Part shown: positions 37,478 through 47,193 of the stretch, piece after piece
How the letters are laid out: every line of letters begins with the position of its first letter
How positions within the stretch are numbered: position 1 is the first letter of the stretch
Assembly (NCBI GenBank): GCA_964455935.1
Contig: CAYVZU010000008.1
Coordinates: 299 to 64,298 of the forward strand
DNA: 64,000 nucleotides
Origin: an uncultured Fibrobacterota bacterium
GTDB taxonomy: Bacteria > Fibrobacterota > CAYVZU01
Direction of reading: 5' to 3'
Notes under the pieces: model-generated
Databases searched by the model: none
What the model was told of the DNA's origin: nothing
What the model saw: only the letters and a program-made list of their open reading frames with translations
Translations under genes and position numbers: made by a program

Positions 37478-38482
37478 CTATTGCCCGTCCTGCGAAACGA
37501 ACCGCGGGCTGCCGACTTGAATTGCCTGCGGGTACGTGCCGGGCAGCCGGCGGGTCTGCGGGAACTCCTGCCGGACCTGCTCCAACAGACAGTCGACCTT
37601 TGCGGAGTCCTCGTTTCGCACCGGCATTTGAATGAGATAATACGTTTCATTCCCGCCCGGAACAGCTCGCAGGTAAGCACGAACGCCGTCGTTCGCATTG
37701 GCGTAGTCGCCCCGGCCAAAGTTGAGGAGGCTGTCGATTTCGTGGTATGCGGTTGCCACGGCTTGCGGATTACGGCTCCCTTTTACCACGGCCTGATAGA
37801 TGGGCAATGCCTTTTGGGGCTGGCCAAGCATGCTATAGCAGTATCCCAGGTCGAGCATGGCCTTGTCGCGCTTGACGGTATGGAGCGCAAGATACTTCTG
37901 CAATGCGGCCGCGGCAGCCGCGAAATTTCTCTTTTTGATCAGGCGACCCGCAATTTCGTAGTGGTGGTCGTCGGACGATGCTCCATAGGGGAGTCGACCG
38001 GTTTTGGACTTGATCGTTTGCGGAGAAGGACGAACCTGCGCGGAATCGGGCTTTGCTTCCGGGGGGCGCGCCTGGCTGCCCGAATTCGGTATTGATGCCA
38101 CTTGCGGAGAAGGGGTCATCTTCTTTCCAAGGTCCAGTGCGTGGAAGAAATACCCGCCGAAAAAAACAAGGACCAATGCGGCAAAGCCCCAGGCGATTCG
38201 CAAACCTGCGAAAGTGGGAGACGTGTGCCGGACGGGAATCGGCCTGCGCTCCGCGGCGACAAGGGATCGCTCGACCATCATCCGGATTTCCGATCCGGAT
38301 AGCAAATCTTTTTCCGAAACAGGCGCGCGCAGCGCGGTTTCAATTTCCCGGAGGTCTTGGCAAAAAGCGCGGCACTTTTCGCACTGCTCCAGATGCCGGA
38401 GCAGGGCGGGTTTGGCGGATTCACCCAATTGTCCGCCAACCAAAAGATGAATCGGTTCTTCCCAGTGTCTGCAGGCCATCAT
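37478..38482 (-). CDS. Anti-sigma factor (zf-HC2, one TM, C-terminal TPR-like domain)
   Basis: HLEQCEKCR zinc-finger motif. Co-directional with, and overlapping, the ECF sigma gene. Confidence 0.7.
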   Translation of the reverse strand: MMACRHWEEPIHLLVGGQLGESAKPALLRHLEQCEKCRAFCQDLREIETALRAPVSEKDLLSGSEIRMMVERSLVAAERRPIPVRHTSPTFAGLRIAWGFAALVLVFFGGYFFHALDLGKKMTPSPQVASIPNSGSQARPPEAKPDSAQVRPSPQTIKSKTGRLPYGASSDDHHYEIAGRLIKKRNFAAAAAALQKYLALHTVKRDKAMLDLGYCYSMLGQPQKALPIYQAVVKGSRNPQAVATAYHEIDSLLNFGRGDYANANDGVRAYLRAVPGGNETYYLIQMPVRNEDSAKVDCLLEQVRQEFPQTRRLPGTYPQAIQVGSPRFVSQDGQ

Positions 38483-38484
38483 AT

Positions 38485-39078
38485 CTACATCACCCTCTGA
38501 TCCCGCAAGGCCTGTATGATTGCTTTGCGGCCTTTAAAGAGAATGGACTTGATTGCGTTTTCACTTTTGCGCGTGTGCCGCGCGATGTCGCGGACATCGC
38601 GGTCGGCGAAATAAAACATCGACAAGACTTCCCGATATTGATTGGGCAGATCCGCGATTGCCATCCTGGCCTTGTCGAAGAGCTGCTTTTTTTCGGTATG
38701 TTCCAATGGGTTCGGCTCGCGGCTTTCCCATGCATCTGCAATGGACTCCAAGGGGACCGTGTCCTTTCGCGCTTTCTCCCGGGCCAGAAAATCGAGATTC
38801 ACATTCACCGTGATGCGATAAATCCACGTGCCGAATTGTGAATCTTCCCGAAACTTGCCGATTCCATGAATGACACGCGCAACCACCTCCTGGAAAATAT
38901 CCGCCAGGTATTCGGGTTTTCGTGTCATTCGCAGGGAAATCCGCTGGATCATCTTTCCGTATGCCTTAAAAAGGTCGTGAAAAGCTTCCCGATCCCCATC
39001 TTTACATCGTCGGACAAGCTCATCCATGCGGTACCATATGGGGTGCCGCGGAGTCGGTTTTCGCCGAAACCCGGGCAA
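38485..39078 (-). CDS. ECF-type RNA polymerase sigma-70 factor
   Basis: Region 2 (FQEVVARVIHGIGKF) and region 4 (DLPNQYREVLSMFYFADRDVRDIA). The start may be the internal M at 39027. Confidence 0.85.
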   Translation of the reverse strand: MPGFRRKPTPRHPIWYRMDELVRRCKDGDREAFHDLFKAYGKMIQRISLRMTRKPEYLADIFQEVVARVIHGIGKFREDSQFGTWIYRITVNVNLDFLAREKARKDTVPLESIADAWESREPNPLEHTEKKQLFDKARMAIADLPNQYREVLSMFYFADRDVRDIARHTRKSENAIKSILFKGRKAIIQALRDQRVM

Positions 39079-39177
39079 AAAGGCAGCCGGGCTCGGTGAA
39101 ACTCGATTTCTGCAGGCACCTGCTTTATTAGACGGCTCAACAGCCTTTTGGTTTCCAGAAAAGGTACCTATTCACGC

Positions 39178-39296
39178 CCCCTCACCTCCGCCCTCCGCGG
39201 TAGATCTGCTACGGAGGACGGGCTGGCCCTCTCCCACCCAGTGGCGAGGGGACTCTTTCCTCTCCCTTCAATGGGAGAGGGTTCAGGTGAGGGTGT
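39178..39296. repeat. Family-1 GC-rich repeat element bounded by CCCTCACCT / AGGTGAGGG inverted repeats
   Basis: Contains the same CCTCTCCCTTCAATGGGAGAGG-GTT-CAGGTGAGGGTG module found at 19028..19064. Confidence 0.6.
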
Positions 39297-39699
39297 TTGC
39301 CATACTGAATAGATACCAGAAAAGATAGCATATGGCTGGATTGCGGCGTTCGTTTGCCTCCCTTAGCAACCGAATCGGCCTATCGGCAGTCTAATTGTGA
39401 AAGGAAAGGAGGAATGGCGGGAAGTGCATCCAATGTCCCTTCCCGCCACAATATGACCAGCTTGATATTGCTTGCATTCCAAAAGAGCGCGTGCCTGGAG
39501 CGCATCTCAACATTCACACGGGCCAGGACCAGAATCAAAATAGCGCTGGCCAAGAGTGTGAAGGAAACCCGTCCAATCAATCAGAAACAAAGGAGGCAAT
39601 GACCTGGTTTTCGCCGAAGAAAGGAACCGGCCGGGTCCCGGCCCCGCGGGCTGGACCCGGTCGGCTTCCGCGTTTTGAGCATAAACAAGGGGAGGTTGT

Positions 39700-40089
39700 A
39701 TGCATCTGCCCAAGTGGCATCCTGCGAAATCGCACTCAAACCAAATCAAAATGTGTCAGTATGCCGGATGCGGAAAGGAGTTTGTTGGCTGGTTTCGCCA
39801 GAAATACTGCGAATTCCACAGCGATCCGCGGCACCGGAAGCGAATTCGTGTTAAAATCTTTGATCCAAGCGTCAAAAACAGGACCTATCACCATGATTTT
39901 TCCCACTGCGTGACCAAGACCTTCAAATGCGGACTAAAGGGTTGCAGGGAAAAATACCAGGTGGTGCTATACCCGAAGCAGGAAGTATATCCGAACTACT
40001 GTAACAGGCACAGGACGGAATATCAGCGGCAGTTTTTCGCCAAAACCCGCCTTGTAAGCCCATTTTTTGGCATAAAGGCGGCGGCATAG
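39700..40089 (+). CDS. Cys/His-rich small protein with two C2H2-like zinc-finger motifs (C-x4-C-x3-F/Y)
   Basis: GGGGAGG RBS. MCQYAGCGKEF and FKCGLKGCREKY motifs. Lies in a locally lower-GC patch. Confidence 0.45.
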   Translation: MHLPKWHPAKSHSNQIKMCQYAGCGKEFVGWFRQKYCEFHSDPRHRKRIRVKIFDPSVKNRTYHHDFSHCVTKTFKCGLKGCREKYQVVLYPKQEVYPNYCNRHRTEYQRQFFAKTRLVSPFFGIKAAA

Positions 40090-40188
40090 GGGCGGCACCC
40101 TTCGGCTTCGAGTGCCTGTGTCGTTTTCGCTCGGGCTTTGGCCCGCGCAACCCTTTTTTGAGATGCGCTCTAGTTCGGAAACATTAAG

Positions 40189-40563
40189 CTATAATTCGCA
40201 GCGGATGCCCAGCAACGCGCACGTTTGCCGGACAAGTTCGGGACCGTTGTCCTTTGTTATGAAACAATCCGCGCCTGCCTCTTTGCTGGCCAATTCGTAG
40301 GCTTCTTTGCTATGCCCTGTGGCAATAAGGACCTTCAGGCCCGGATTCAAGCGGCACAATTCCCTTGTTAGCGTGATTCCGTCCATGCCGGGCAGCGAAA
40401 TGTCGACAATGACAAGATCAACCTTGATTTGGGGAATCCTTTCCAACGCTTCTTCGGCGGTTGCGACCTGCAAAACAATCTCAATTTCCTTGTGCTTCCT
40501 GAACATGCGCCGGTAGATGATCTGCATGTCCTCGTAATCTTCCACAATCGCAATTCGTTTCAT
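40189..40563 (-). CDS. Stand-alone response-regulator receiver domain (CheY-like)
   Basis: Acidic pocket DYED, a phospho-acceptor D in VIVDISLPGMDG, and conserved T and K. Confidence 0.85.
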   Translation of the reverse strand: MKRIAIVEDYEDMQIIYRRMFRKHKEIEIVLQVATAEEALERIPQIKVDLVIVDISLPGMDGITLTRELCRLNPGLKVLIATGHSKEAYELASKEAGADCFITKDNGPELVRQTCALLGIRCEL

Positions 40564-42524
40564 TGCGGGGCACTCTCCAGAATTGACAGCGGAATAACAA
40601 GGGTCATACGCGTGCCTTTACCGATTTGTGATTCCATTTTCAGTTGGCCGCCAAACAGCCGCAATCTCTCCTCAATGCTGAAAAGCCCCATCTCCGCCGC
40701 ACCGTATGGACGTTTTCGAACCGCCTCAACATCGAAGCCAACGCCCCGGTCTTCAACCGTGATCGCAATTCGATCCTTTTCCAGGTTACCGGAGATGACC
40801 ACTTCTCTTGTTTTTGCATGCTTGATAATATTGAAAAGCAACTCTCGCATGAGTTGCACAATCAGAATCTGGTCTACACCCCGTACCGCCGCCAGGTCCT
40901 TTGAAAGATCGATGCAAATCACAAGACCATAGTGTTCTTCCATGTGCCGGGCAAGCCAACGAAGCGCGGCATCCAGGCCTTCGTTCTTCAGAATGGGCGG
41001 ATTCAATTCGACGGCCAGAGATTTGGTGGTGGCCAGGGCTTTTTGAATCGACTTCCGGAGCATTTCAACATCACGGGCGATTTCCTCCATATCCGCCCCC
41101 GAACGGCAATGGATGGAATCGGTCAGCATCTTTGCTCCAAAAAGGTTCTGCTGAAGATCTTCATGCAGAATCCGTGAAAAGCGCTGGCGTTCCCGTTGCT
41201 CGGCAATTGTCAATTCCTTCGAAAGATCGCGGACCTGCCGCGTGCGCTCCCGTATCAGGTCCTCCAGATGATCGTTCACCGCCTTCAATTGATCTTTGCT
41301 TCGGCGTAAATCTTCCTCACTCTGCTTTTGCTGTGTAACATTGCTTGCCGTGCCAAACCATTCGACAATTTCGCCCTTTTCATTCATAATGGGAACAGCG
41401 CGCGAGAATGTCCAACCCAAAGACCCGTCCTTTTGCAAAACCCGGTGCTCCAAGGCAAAGACGCGTTTTTCCTGGATTGCCGCGTTGATGGCCGCATCCA
41501 CGTACGACTGGTCATCGGGGTGAATGTATTCCCGCCGCCAATCGCGGCTGGGGCGGGTGGTATCAGCAAGAAAATCCTGCCCGCTAAGCTGACACATTTC
41601 GCTCCAGTCCGGGGTCATCCGGTACAGGACATCCGAACTGGCCAATACGATTGCGCGAAAGCGTTCTTCGCTCTTCTGCAGGGCTCGCTCGACCGCTCTG
41701 CGTTCCGTGATATCCCGCAAAATGCTCTGGAATATTCGTTTGCCTCTGTGCTCAAAAAGAGAGCCGGTCATTTCAATCACCCTTTGCTCGCCGTCCTTTC
41801 GGATGTGAATGTGCTCATCCGTCACGCTCCCATTGAGTCTGGTCCCTCGAATAAATCGGCCCACCCGCTCCAAATCCTCGGGCCGGTGAATTTGCTCATA
41901 CGAAAGCCCCTGCAGCTCGGTACGGGAATAGCCAAGCTGGCGCGCAGCCGATGCATTGGCATCAATGATTCGGCCGGATTCGGTATCGTAAAAGATTATG
42001 GCATCATTGGCGTACTCAAAAAGGCTGCGGTAGCGCTCCTCGCTTTCACGCGATTCCTGTTCCGCTTTGCGAAGATCAGAGGTCCGCTCTCTTAATTCCG
42101 CGTTGCGCGCATCCACCTGTCCCTGAAGCAGACCCTGGTAGGCGAGCAATTGGGCTCTGGCGCGGTGCATGGTCTTTGCAACGAAGCAGATAAGGGTGCT
42201 GCTGAAAACGAAGATGATCAGTGAAAGAAAATCGAGCGGATCGGTGATCGCAAAACTGAATGCAGGATCAAGAAAAAAGAAATCAACAGCCACTGCGGAA
42301 AGCGCGGTAGCCAGCATTCCCGGCCAAAACCCGCCGAAAATGGCCGCAATTGTCACGGCGGGAAAAAACGTGATAAAAGCGGCTCGCATTCCCACTTCGG
42401 CCAGCAGCACCTTGCGCACCACAATGGCAAGAATGACAAGAAGAACTGCCGCCGCATAGCGCAATGCGGTGTTCCTGGCTCGGCATATTGCATTCAATCC
42501 GTTCATGGTGTTCTGTTGAACCAT
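40560..42524 (-). CDS. Sensor histidine kinase: DUF4118-like TM region, tandem PAS, HisKA_3 plus HATPase_c
   Basis: H-box ERERQRFSRILHEDLQQ (HisKA_3/NarX-like). ATGA overlap with the receiver gene. Confidence 0.85.
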   Translation of the reverse strand: MVQQNTMNGLNAICRARNTALRYAAAVLLVILAIVVRKVLLAEVGMRAAFITFFPAVTIAAIFGGFWPGMLATALSAVAVDFFFLDPAFSFAITDPLDFLSLIIFVFSSTLICFVAKTMHRARAQLLAYQGLLQGQVDARNAELRERTSDLRKAEQESRESEERYRSLFEYANDAIIFYDTESGRIIDANASAARQLGYSRTELQGLSYEQIHRPEDLERVGRFIRGTRLNGSVTDEHIHIRKDGEQRVIEMTGSLFEHRGKRIFQSILRDITERRAVERALQKSEERFRAIVLASSDVLYRMTPDWSEMCQLSGQDFLADTTRPSRDWRREYIHPDDQSYVDAAINAAIQEKRVFALEHRVLQKDGSLGWTFSRAVPIMNEKGEIVEWFGTASNVTQQKQSEEDLRRSKDQLKAVNDHLEDLIRERTRQVRDLSKELTIAEQRERQRFSRILHEDLQQNLFGAKMLTDSIHCRSGADMEEIARDVEMLRKSIQKALATTKSLAVELNPPILKNEGLDAALRWLARHMEEHYGLVICIDLSKDLAAVRGVDQILIVQLMRELLFNIIKHAKTREVVISGNLEKDRIAITVEDRGVGFDVEAVRKRPYGAAEMGLFSIEERLRLFGGQLKMESQIGKGTRMTLVIPLSILESAPQ

Positions 42525-42675
42525 TCACCACGGTGGCACAGAGGGCACTGAGAAAGATAAGAGTCCAAAGGCAGCGCAAAGAAAAAGCGTTTCTGGCGCG
42601 CACCTGCGCCGAAAAACTTATCTCCTCTTTGGATTCTTTTCTGATCTCCGTGTTCTCCGAGTCGCTGTGGTGAAT
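42523..42675. repeat. MITE-like element of the TTCACCAC..GTGGTGAA family
   Basis: Terminal ATTCACCAC(42523..42531) and GTGGTGAAT(42667..42675). The internal GATCTCCGTGTTCT block is shared with the copy at 20835..20973. Confidence 0.55.
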
Positions 42676-42712
42676 AGTTCTATTTCCTAGGGTTAGCGCG
42701 TTTACGAGCAAC

Positions 42713-45484
42713 TCAGGACAATGTGAAAAAAAACGTGGCCCCTTTGCCCCGTTCGCCTTCGGCCCAGATTCGTCCTCCATGCCGCCGGATTGCTCTTTCG
42801 ACGATGGCCAAGCCCACGCCGGTTCCGGAGAACTCTTTTTCCGAATGGAGCCGTTGAAAAGGTGCGAAGAGCCTGCCTGCAAGGGACATGTCAAAACCGG
42901 CGCCGTTGTCTTTAATAAAATAGACCCGCTTTCCGTGCTTATTGAAGGAACCGAACTCAATGCAGGGCCGGCCGGTTCCGGCCGTGAATTTCCAGGCATT
43001 GCCCAAGAGGTTACTCAAAGCAACGCTCAGCAGCCGGGCATCGGCCCGGACTTTGAGCCCATCTTGAATCTTTACTTCGATTTGCCGACCCGGATTGGCC
43101 GTGGTCAGCTCGTTCAGTGATAAACGGGCCATTTCGCTGAGATCAAGCTCCACCAGATCCATTTCCTGGCGGGAAATTTTCGAAAGGGCCAGCATGTCAT
43201 CAATGATTGAATTCATTCGATCCGTTCCCCGCTTGATTCTTTCAAGGTACTCCCTGCACTCCCTATTAGCCTGGTCCGAGCAGTCTTCAATCAAAACTTC
43301 GGCAAAGCCGCGGATTGTGCGCAGGGGATTGCGCAGGTCATGAGCCACGGAGTAGGAAAATGCCTCCAGATCCCTGTTGGCCACCGTAAGTTCTTTGGCC
43401 CGGCTGGAGAGTTGCTCTTCGAGCTGCTTGCGCGCGGTAATATCCTGCGTAATCCCAAAACCGCCCAGCAAAGCGCCATTTTGGTCGTATTCAAGATATG
43501 CTTTTTCCCGGACCCATCGAATGTCCTCGCCGATGATAATTCTGTGCTCGATATCATATGGAGCACCCGCAATGGCGGCGTGCCATTGAGTATCGACATA
43601 GAATTGGTCGTCGGGATGCACCCTGGACAAGAACTTTTCATAGGTCAAGGGAGTTCCCGTTGGAATGCCAAAAATGCGGTGGTTTTCGTCGGACCAGGTC
43701 AACTCGTTCTTTCGTACGTCCAGCCGCCAGTTGCCCATGCTGCCGACCTCCTGGGCCCGGGCGAGATCTTCTCTGCTGCGGCGCAAATCTTCTTCTGTCC
43801 GCCTGCGGTCGGTAATATCCACCGCCATTCCCACAATAAAGCGCCTTCCGTCATGGAGGATTCCGGGCGAGGAGGCGCTGAAGCTCCAGTATCGGATCGA
43901 TCCGTCATGGGTGCGGACCGGAAAATCGATGTTCATGGTCCTCTTTTCCTGACGAAAGAGGGACCGAACGTGATCGCGCATGGCTTGGGCCCCTGCCCCG
44001 TATGCTCGATTGAGCCATGCCTCGAAAGAGTCCATGTCCTTGGGTCCATAGCCTGTGTTTTCGGTCCAGCCTCTGCTGATCTGTAGAACCTGTCCATCCT
44101 CGGCGTGCATGATAATGGGTATTGGTGCTTCCTCAATGGCCTGGCGAAACTGCTCCTCACTTTGACGAAGGTTCTGTTCGGCCTGTTTTCGCTCGGTGAT
44201 GTCCTGGACAATTCCGGCCATACGCCGGGCATTTCCGGAAGAATCGGGAATAGGGCGACCGGCTGCCAGGATCCAGCGAATCTGGCCGTCTGCGCGCCGG
44301 ATGCGGCACTCGAAATTCCAGTTACCCCGCGTGGCAAGGGCCTGGTGAAATTTGCGATCCACCTCGGAACGGTCTTCGGGCAGCACATGTTCAAGGAACA
44401 TCTCGTAGGTCCACTGCGGCAGCGGTTCTTTGTAGCCAAAAACGGCATCGTGCCCCAAGGTGCGGTACGCCGTATGATCGATAAGATCGAGATCCCAGGC
44501 CCCCGTATGAATCGTCTCCAGAGCAAAATGCAATCGACTCTCGCTCTCCTGCAGCAACTCTTCAGCGCGTCTGCGCTCGGTAATGTCGCGCACAACCGAT
44601 ACGGACCCGATAATTTCGCCGCGGGAATTCCTTACCGGGGCGGCGCTGATTTGTCGGTGTCGAAGGTCCTTGTGCGCGGGCGTGCGAATGATCTCCTCTT
44701 CGCCGCGAATGACTTCACCTTTTAGGGCCCGCAGGGGCGGGGCTTCCTCGACGGGTCTTGGGGTGCCATCGGGCCGGTACACTTCCAGGCTGGAGGCCAG
44801 CTTCTCTACATCGATCTGCTCCTGGGAACCGGCCAATCGGAATTCGTTGCAGGCAGTAGGATTTGCCAGTGTAAAATGCCGATTTACGTCCGTAAACCAA
44901 ACCTCATCCGTAATGCTGTTGATGAGAGCCCGGAGCCTGTCCCTTTCCTGCCCAACGGCTTCCGTGCGCAACTCGACTTGCTTCTCAAGCCAAGATTGAG
45001 AGGCGACCAGCCGCGCGCGGGCGCGGTGCATGGTCTCAGTAATCACCGAAATCACGATGCCGCTGAGCAGAAAAAGAATTGTGGCAACCCAATCTGCGGG
45101 GTTGCTCATGGCCAGCCGGCCCACGGGCTCGGTGAAATAGATGGCCGCAATTACGGAAAGTATCGTGGCCAGCAATCCCGCCCGCAATCCACCATAAAGG
45201 GCCGAAACCATCACGGCCGGGTAGAAGGTCAGGAAAAGAAAGTGGGCACCCAGCGCTTCTTGAAGCGCCAGCCGGATCCCAATCGCAGCAAGCAAAGCCG
45301 GCACGGCAATGCCGAATTGACGCAGGGGTTTGCTTGGCACAATGGCAGTGCTTGAGGGGCCGGTCACAGGATTCCTTTCGCAGCGGATCTGCAATTCGCG
45401 GCTTACATACCGCAATGGACACACGCAATTCAAGAAATTTTCAGAACTGCATTTGGGCTTTGCGGACCCGCGCCAAAGAAGCAA
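42713..45484 (-). CDS. Large sensor histidine kinase: DUF4118-like TM, at least four PAS domains, HisKA, HATPase_c
   Basis: H-box HDLRNPLRTIRGFAEVL. G-boxes DNGAGFD and GTGVGLAIV. Confidence 0.85.
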   Translation of the reverse strand: MLLWRGSAKPKCSSENFLNCVCPLRYVSRELQIRCERNPVTGPSSTAIVPSKPLRQFGIAVPALLAAIGIRLALQEALGAHFLFLTFYPAVMVSALYGGLRAGLLATILSVIAAIYFTEPVGRLAMSNPADWVATILFLLSGIVISVITETMHRARARLVASQSWLEKQVELRTEAVGQERDRLRALINSITDEVWFTDVNRHFTLANPTACNEFRLAGSQEQIDVEKLASSLEVYRPDGTPRPVEEAPPLRALKGEVIRGEEEIIRTPAHKDLRHRQISAAPVRNSRGEIIGSVSVVRDITERRRAEELLQESESRLHFALETIHTGAWDLDLIDHTAYRTLGHDAVFGYKEPLPQWTYEMFLEHVLPEDRSEVDRKFHQALATRGNWNFECRIRRADGQIRWILAAGRPIPDSSGNARRMAGIVQDITERKQAEQNLRQSEEQFRQAIEEAPIPIIMHAEDGQVLQISRGWTENTGYGPKDMDSFEAWLNRAYGAGAQAMRDHVRSLFRQEKRTMNIDFPVRTHDGSIRYWSFSASSPGILHDGRRFIVGMAVDITDRRRTEEDLRRSREDLARAQEVGSMGNWRLDVRKNELTWSDENHRIFGIPTGTPLTYEKFLSRVHPDDQFYVDTQWHAAIAGAPYDIEHRIIIGEDIRWVREKAYLEYDQNGALLGGFGITQDITARKQLEEQLSSRAKELTVANRDLEAFSYSVAHDLRNPLRTIRGFAEVLIEDCSDQANRECREYLERIKRGTDRMNSIIDDMLALSKISRQEMDLVELDLSEMARLSLNELTTANPGRQIEVKIQDGLKVRADARLLSVALSNLLGNAWKFTAGTGRPCIEFGSFNKHGKRVYFIKDNGAGFDMSLAGRLFAPFQRLHSEKEFSGTGVGLAIVERAIRRHGGRIWAEGERGKGATFFFTLS

Positions 45485-45494
45485 TCTTTACGTT

Positions 45495-47021
45495 GTGGTC
45501 CCCATCCCCTTCTGTCTCGGTTACGCCGAGACCCATTACCGCTTTCTTCCTGGTCTGAGCCCTATTTATCGCAAGCAGCCGGAAATTCTAACCGATGCGC
45601 CGGCCCGGATCGAACCGGGCCAGGACCTGCCTCTGGCGCTGATCATCAAAGACGCTCACCTGTTCCCCGTTGTTCTGGAGAAGGTCGAGATCGCCGTACA
45701 CCGGGAAGGGGCCGGGTGCATTTGGAGGCAGGTCGTTTTTGAGGGGACGCAAACCATCGCGGATCCTCTTTTCTGGAGGGTCTTCACGATTCCGACTGCG
45801 AACCTTGGCGGAGCGACAATAGCGGTCAATTCGCGAATCGAATTCCAAAGCCGGGGAAGAAGCGAGATCGCCCTTAACGACAATTTTCCCGCGCTTCCTC
45901 ACAGCCAGATGGTGGTGCATATCGCCGACCAGAGCCTGCCGTGCGAGCCGGGGTGGCTGTACGGCGATGCCCATGTGCATACAAACTACTCCTCGAGCCA
46001 CGTGGAATTCGGTGCGCCGCTGGCGCTGACGTCCCAAATGGCAAAAGCCTTTGGCCTTTCCTGGTTTGCGGCAGCGGACCACTCATATGATTTCATGTGT
46101 GTGCAGGAAAATTACCGGCGTTTTGATGCCTCGGCCGCGCTGTGGAACAAGCGCGCGACGGAGATAAACGGGACGTCCCGCGAGGTTACGGTTCTTCCCT
46201 CCGAAGAGATCTCGTGCGCAAACGCAAAAGGCCGCAACGTGCACGTACTCGCGATTGGAAACCGCGATTTCGTGGCCGGTTCAGGCGACGGAGCGCGCCG
46301 CAAACGCAACCGCAAGCCCGAGCACACAATTCAAGAAGCCATTTCTCTTGTGCGCGGACAGGGCGGTCTCTGTTTTGCCGCGCACCCGCTGGTCCAGGCG
46401 GGTTGGCTCCAGAATCTTGCGCTAAACCGGGGCGCCTGGTCCGGCAAGGATCTCGCGGAAGACCTGAATGGCCTTCAATTCTGGAGCGGACACCGCGACA
46501 TCTCTTTCTTCCGAATGCGAAAGAAATGGGTGGACATGCTGCTGGCCGGCCGTCGCCTGCCGCTTGTTGCAGGAACGGATGCCCATGGCGATTTCAACTG
46601 CACGCGCAAAATCAAAACGCCCTTCTTTTCGCTTGAACAAAACCCGGTATTCTTCGGCATGGCGCGCACCTGCGTCCAGGCGTCCTCATCCTCGGAAAAG
46701 GATATCATGGCGGCCCTGGCCCAGGGACAATCCATTGTCACTGACGGCCCGTTCTGCCGAATCCGGGCTGAAGAAGGCCGGATCTGCTGGAGAGCGTTGT
46801 CGACTCCCGAGTTCGGGCGGCTGTGGCAATTGCGGATTTCGGCGGGACGGTTTGGCGAGTCCGAGCAGATTATCGGCGAGCAGCAATGGAAAGACGGACG
46901 TCTCTGTTATGACGCAAGCGGCGAAGTGTCGATGCCAACGGCCTCCTACATCCGCGCAGAGCTCATCGCCCGGCTGGGTGGCCATGAGCTGCTTTGCATG
47001 ACAAATCCGATTTATTGCTGA
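45495..47021 (+). CDS. PHP-domain metal-dependent phosphoesterase; start uncertain
   Basis: GDAHVHTNYSSSH (PHP HxH motif) and later GTDAHGD. The frame is open from 45330. A GTG at 45495 avoids overlap with the divergent kinase. The first in-frame ATG downstream is 45909. Confidence 0.55.
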   Translation: MVPIPFCLGYAETHYRFLPGLSPIYRKQPEILTDAPARIEPGQDLPLALIIKDAHLFPVVLEKVEIAVHREGAGCIWRQVVFEGTQTIADPLFWRVFTIPTANLGGATIAVNSRIEFQSRGRSEIALNDNFPALPHSQMVVHIADQSLPCEPGWLYGDAHVHTNYSSSHVEFGAPLALTSQMAKAFGLSWFAAADHSYDFMCVQENYRRFDASAALWNKRATEINGTSREVTVLPSEEISCANAKGRNVHVLAIGNRDFVAGSGDGARRKRNRKPEHTIQEAISLVRGQGGLCFAAHPLVQAGWLQNLALNRGAWSGKDLAEDLNGLQFWSGHRDISFFRMRKKWVDMLLAGRRLPLVAGTDAHGDFNCTRKIKTPFFSLEQNPVFFGMARTCVQASSSSEKDIMAALAQGQSIVTDGPFCRIRAEEGRICWRALSTPEFGRLWQLRISAGRFGESEQIIGEQQWKDGRLCYDASGEVSMPTASYIRAELIARLGGHELLCMTNPIYC

Positions 47022-47049
47022 TCGGAGGCGAAAGCAGACCACCCCGGCG

Positions 47050-47185
47050 CTTCGCCCGTCTTCCGTAGCAGTGCTACTGCGGAGGGCGGACGCCACCCCT
47101 CCTGGCAGAAGGGGCGCTAAAACGCACAGCATCTCCGAAAAATGCCCCTCCTGCCAAGAGGGGTGCCCGCGGGGCGGGGTGGTCC
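47050..47185. repeat. Diverged family-1 GC-rich hairpin repeat between convergent genes
   Basis: CCGTAGCAGTGCTACTGCGGAGG, CCCCTCCTGGCAGAAGGGG and CCCCTCCTGCCAAGAGGGG blocks resemble the 39178..39296 element. Confidence 0.4.
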
Positions 47186-47193
47186 TTTCCTGT

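Noticed and set aside
43340-44086. 248-aa plus-strand ORF
   Set aside because: Antisense to the 923-aa histidine kinase.
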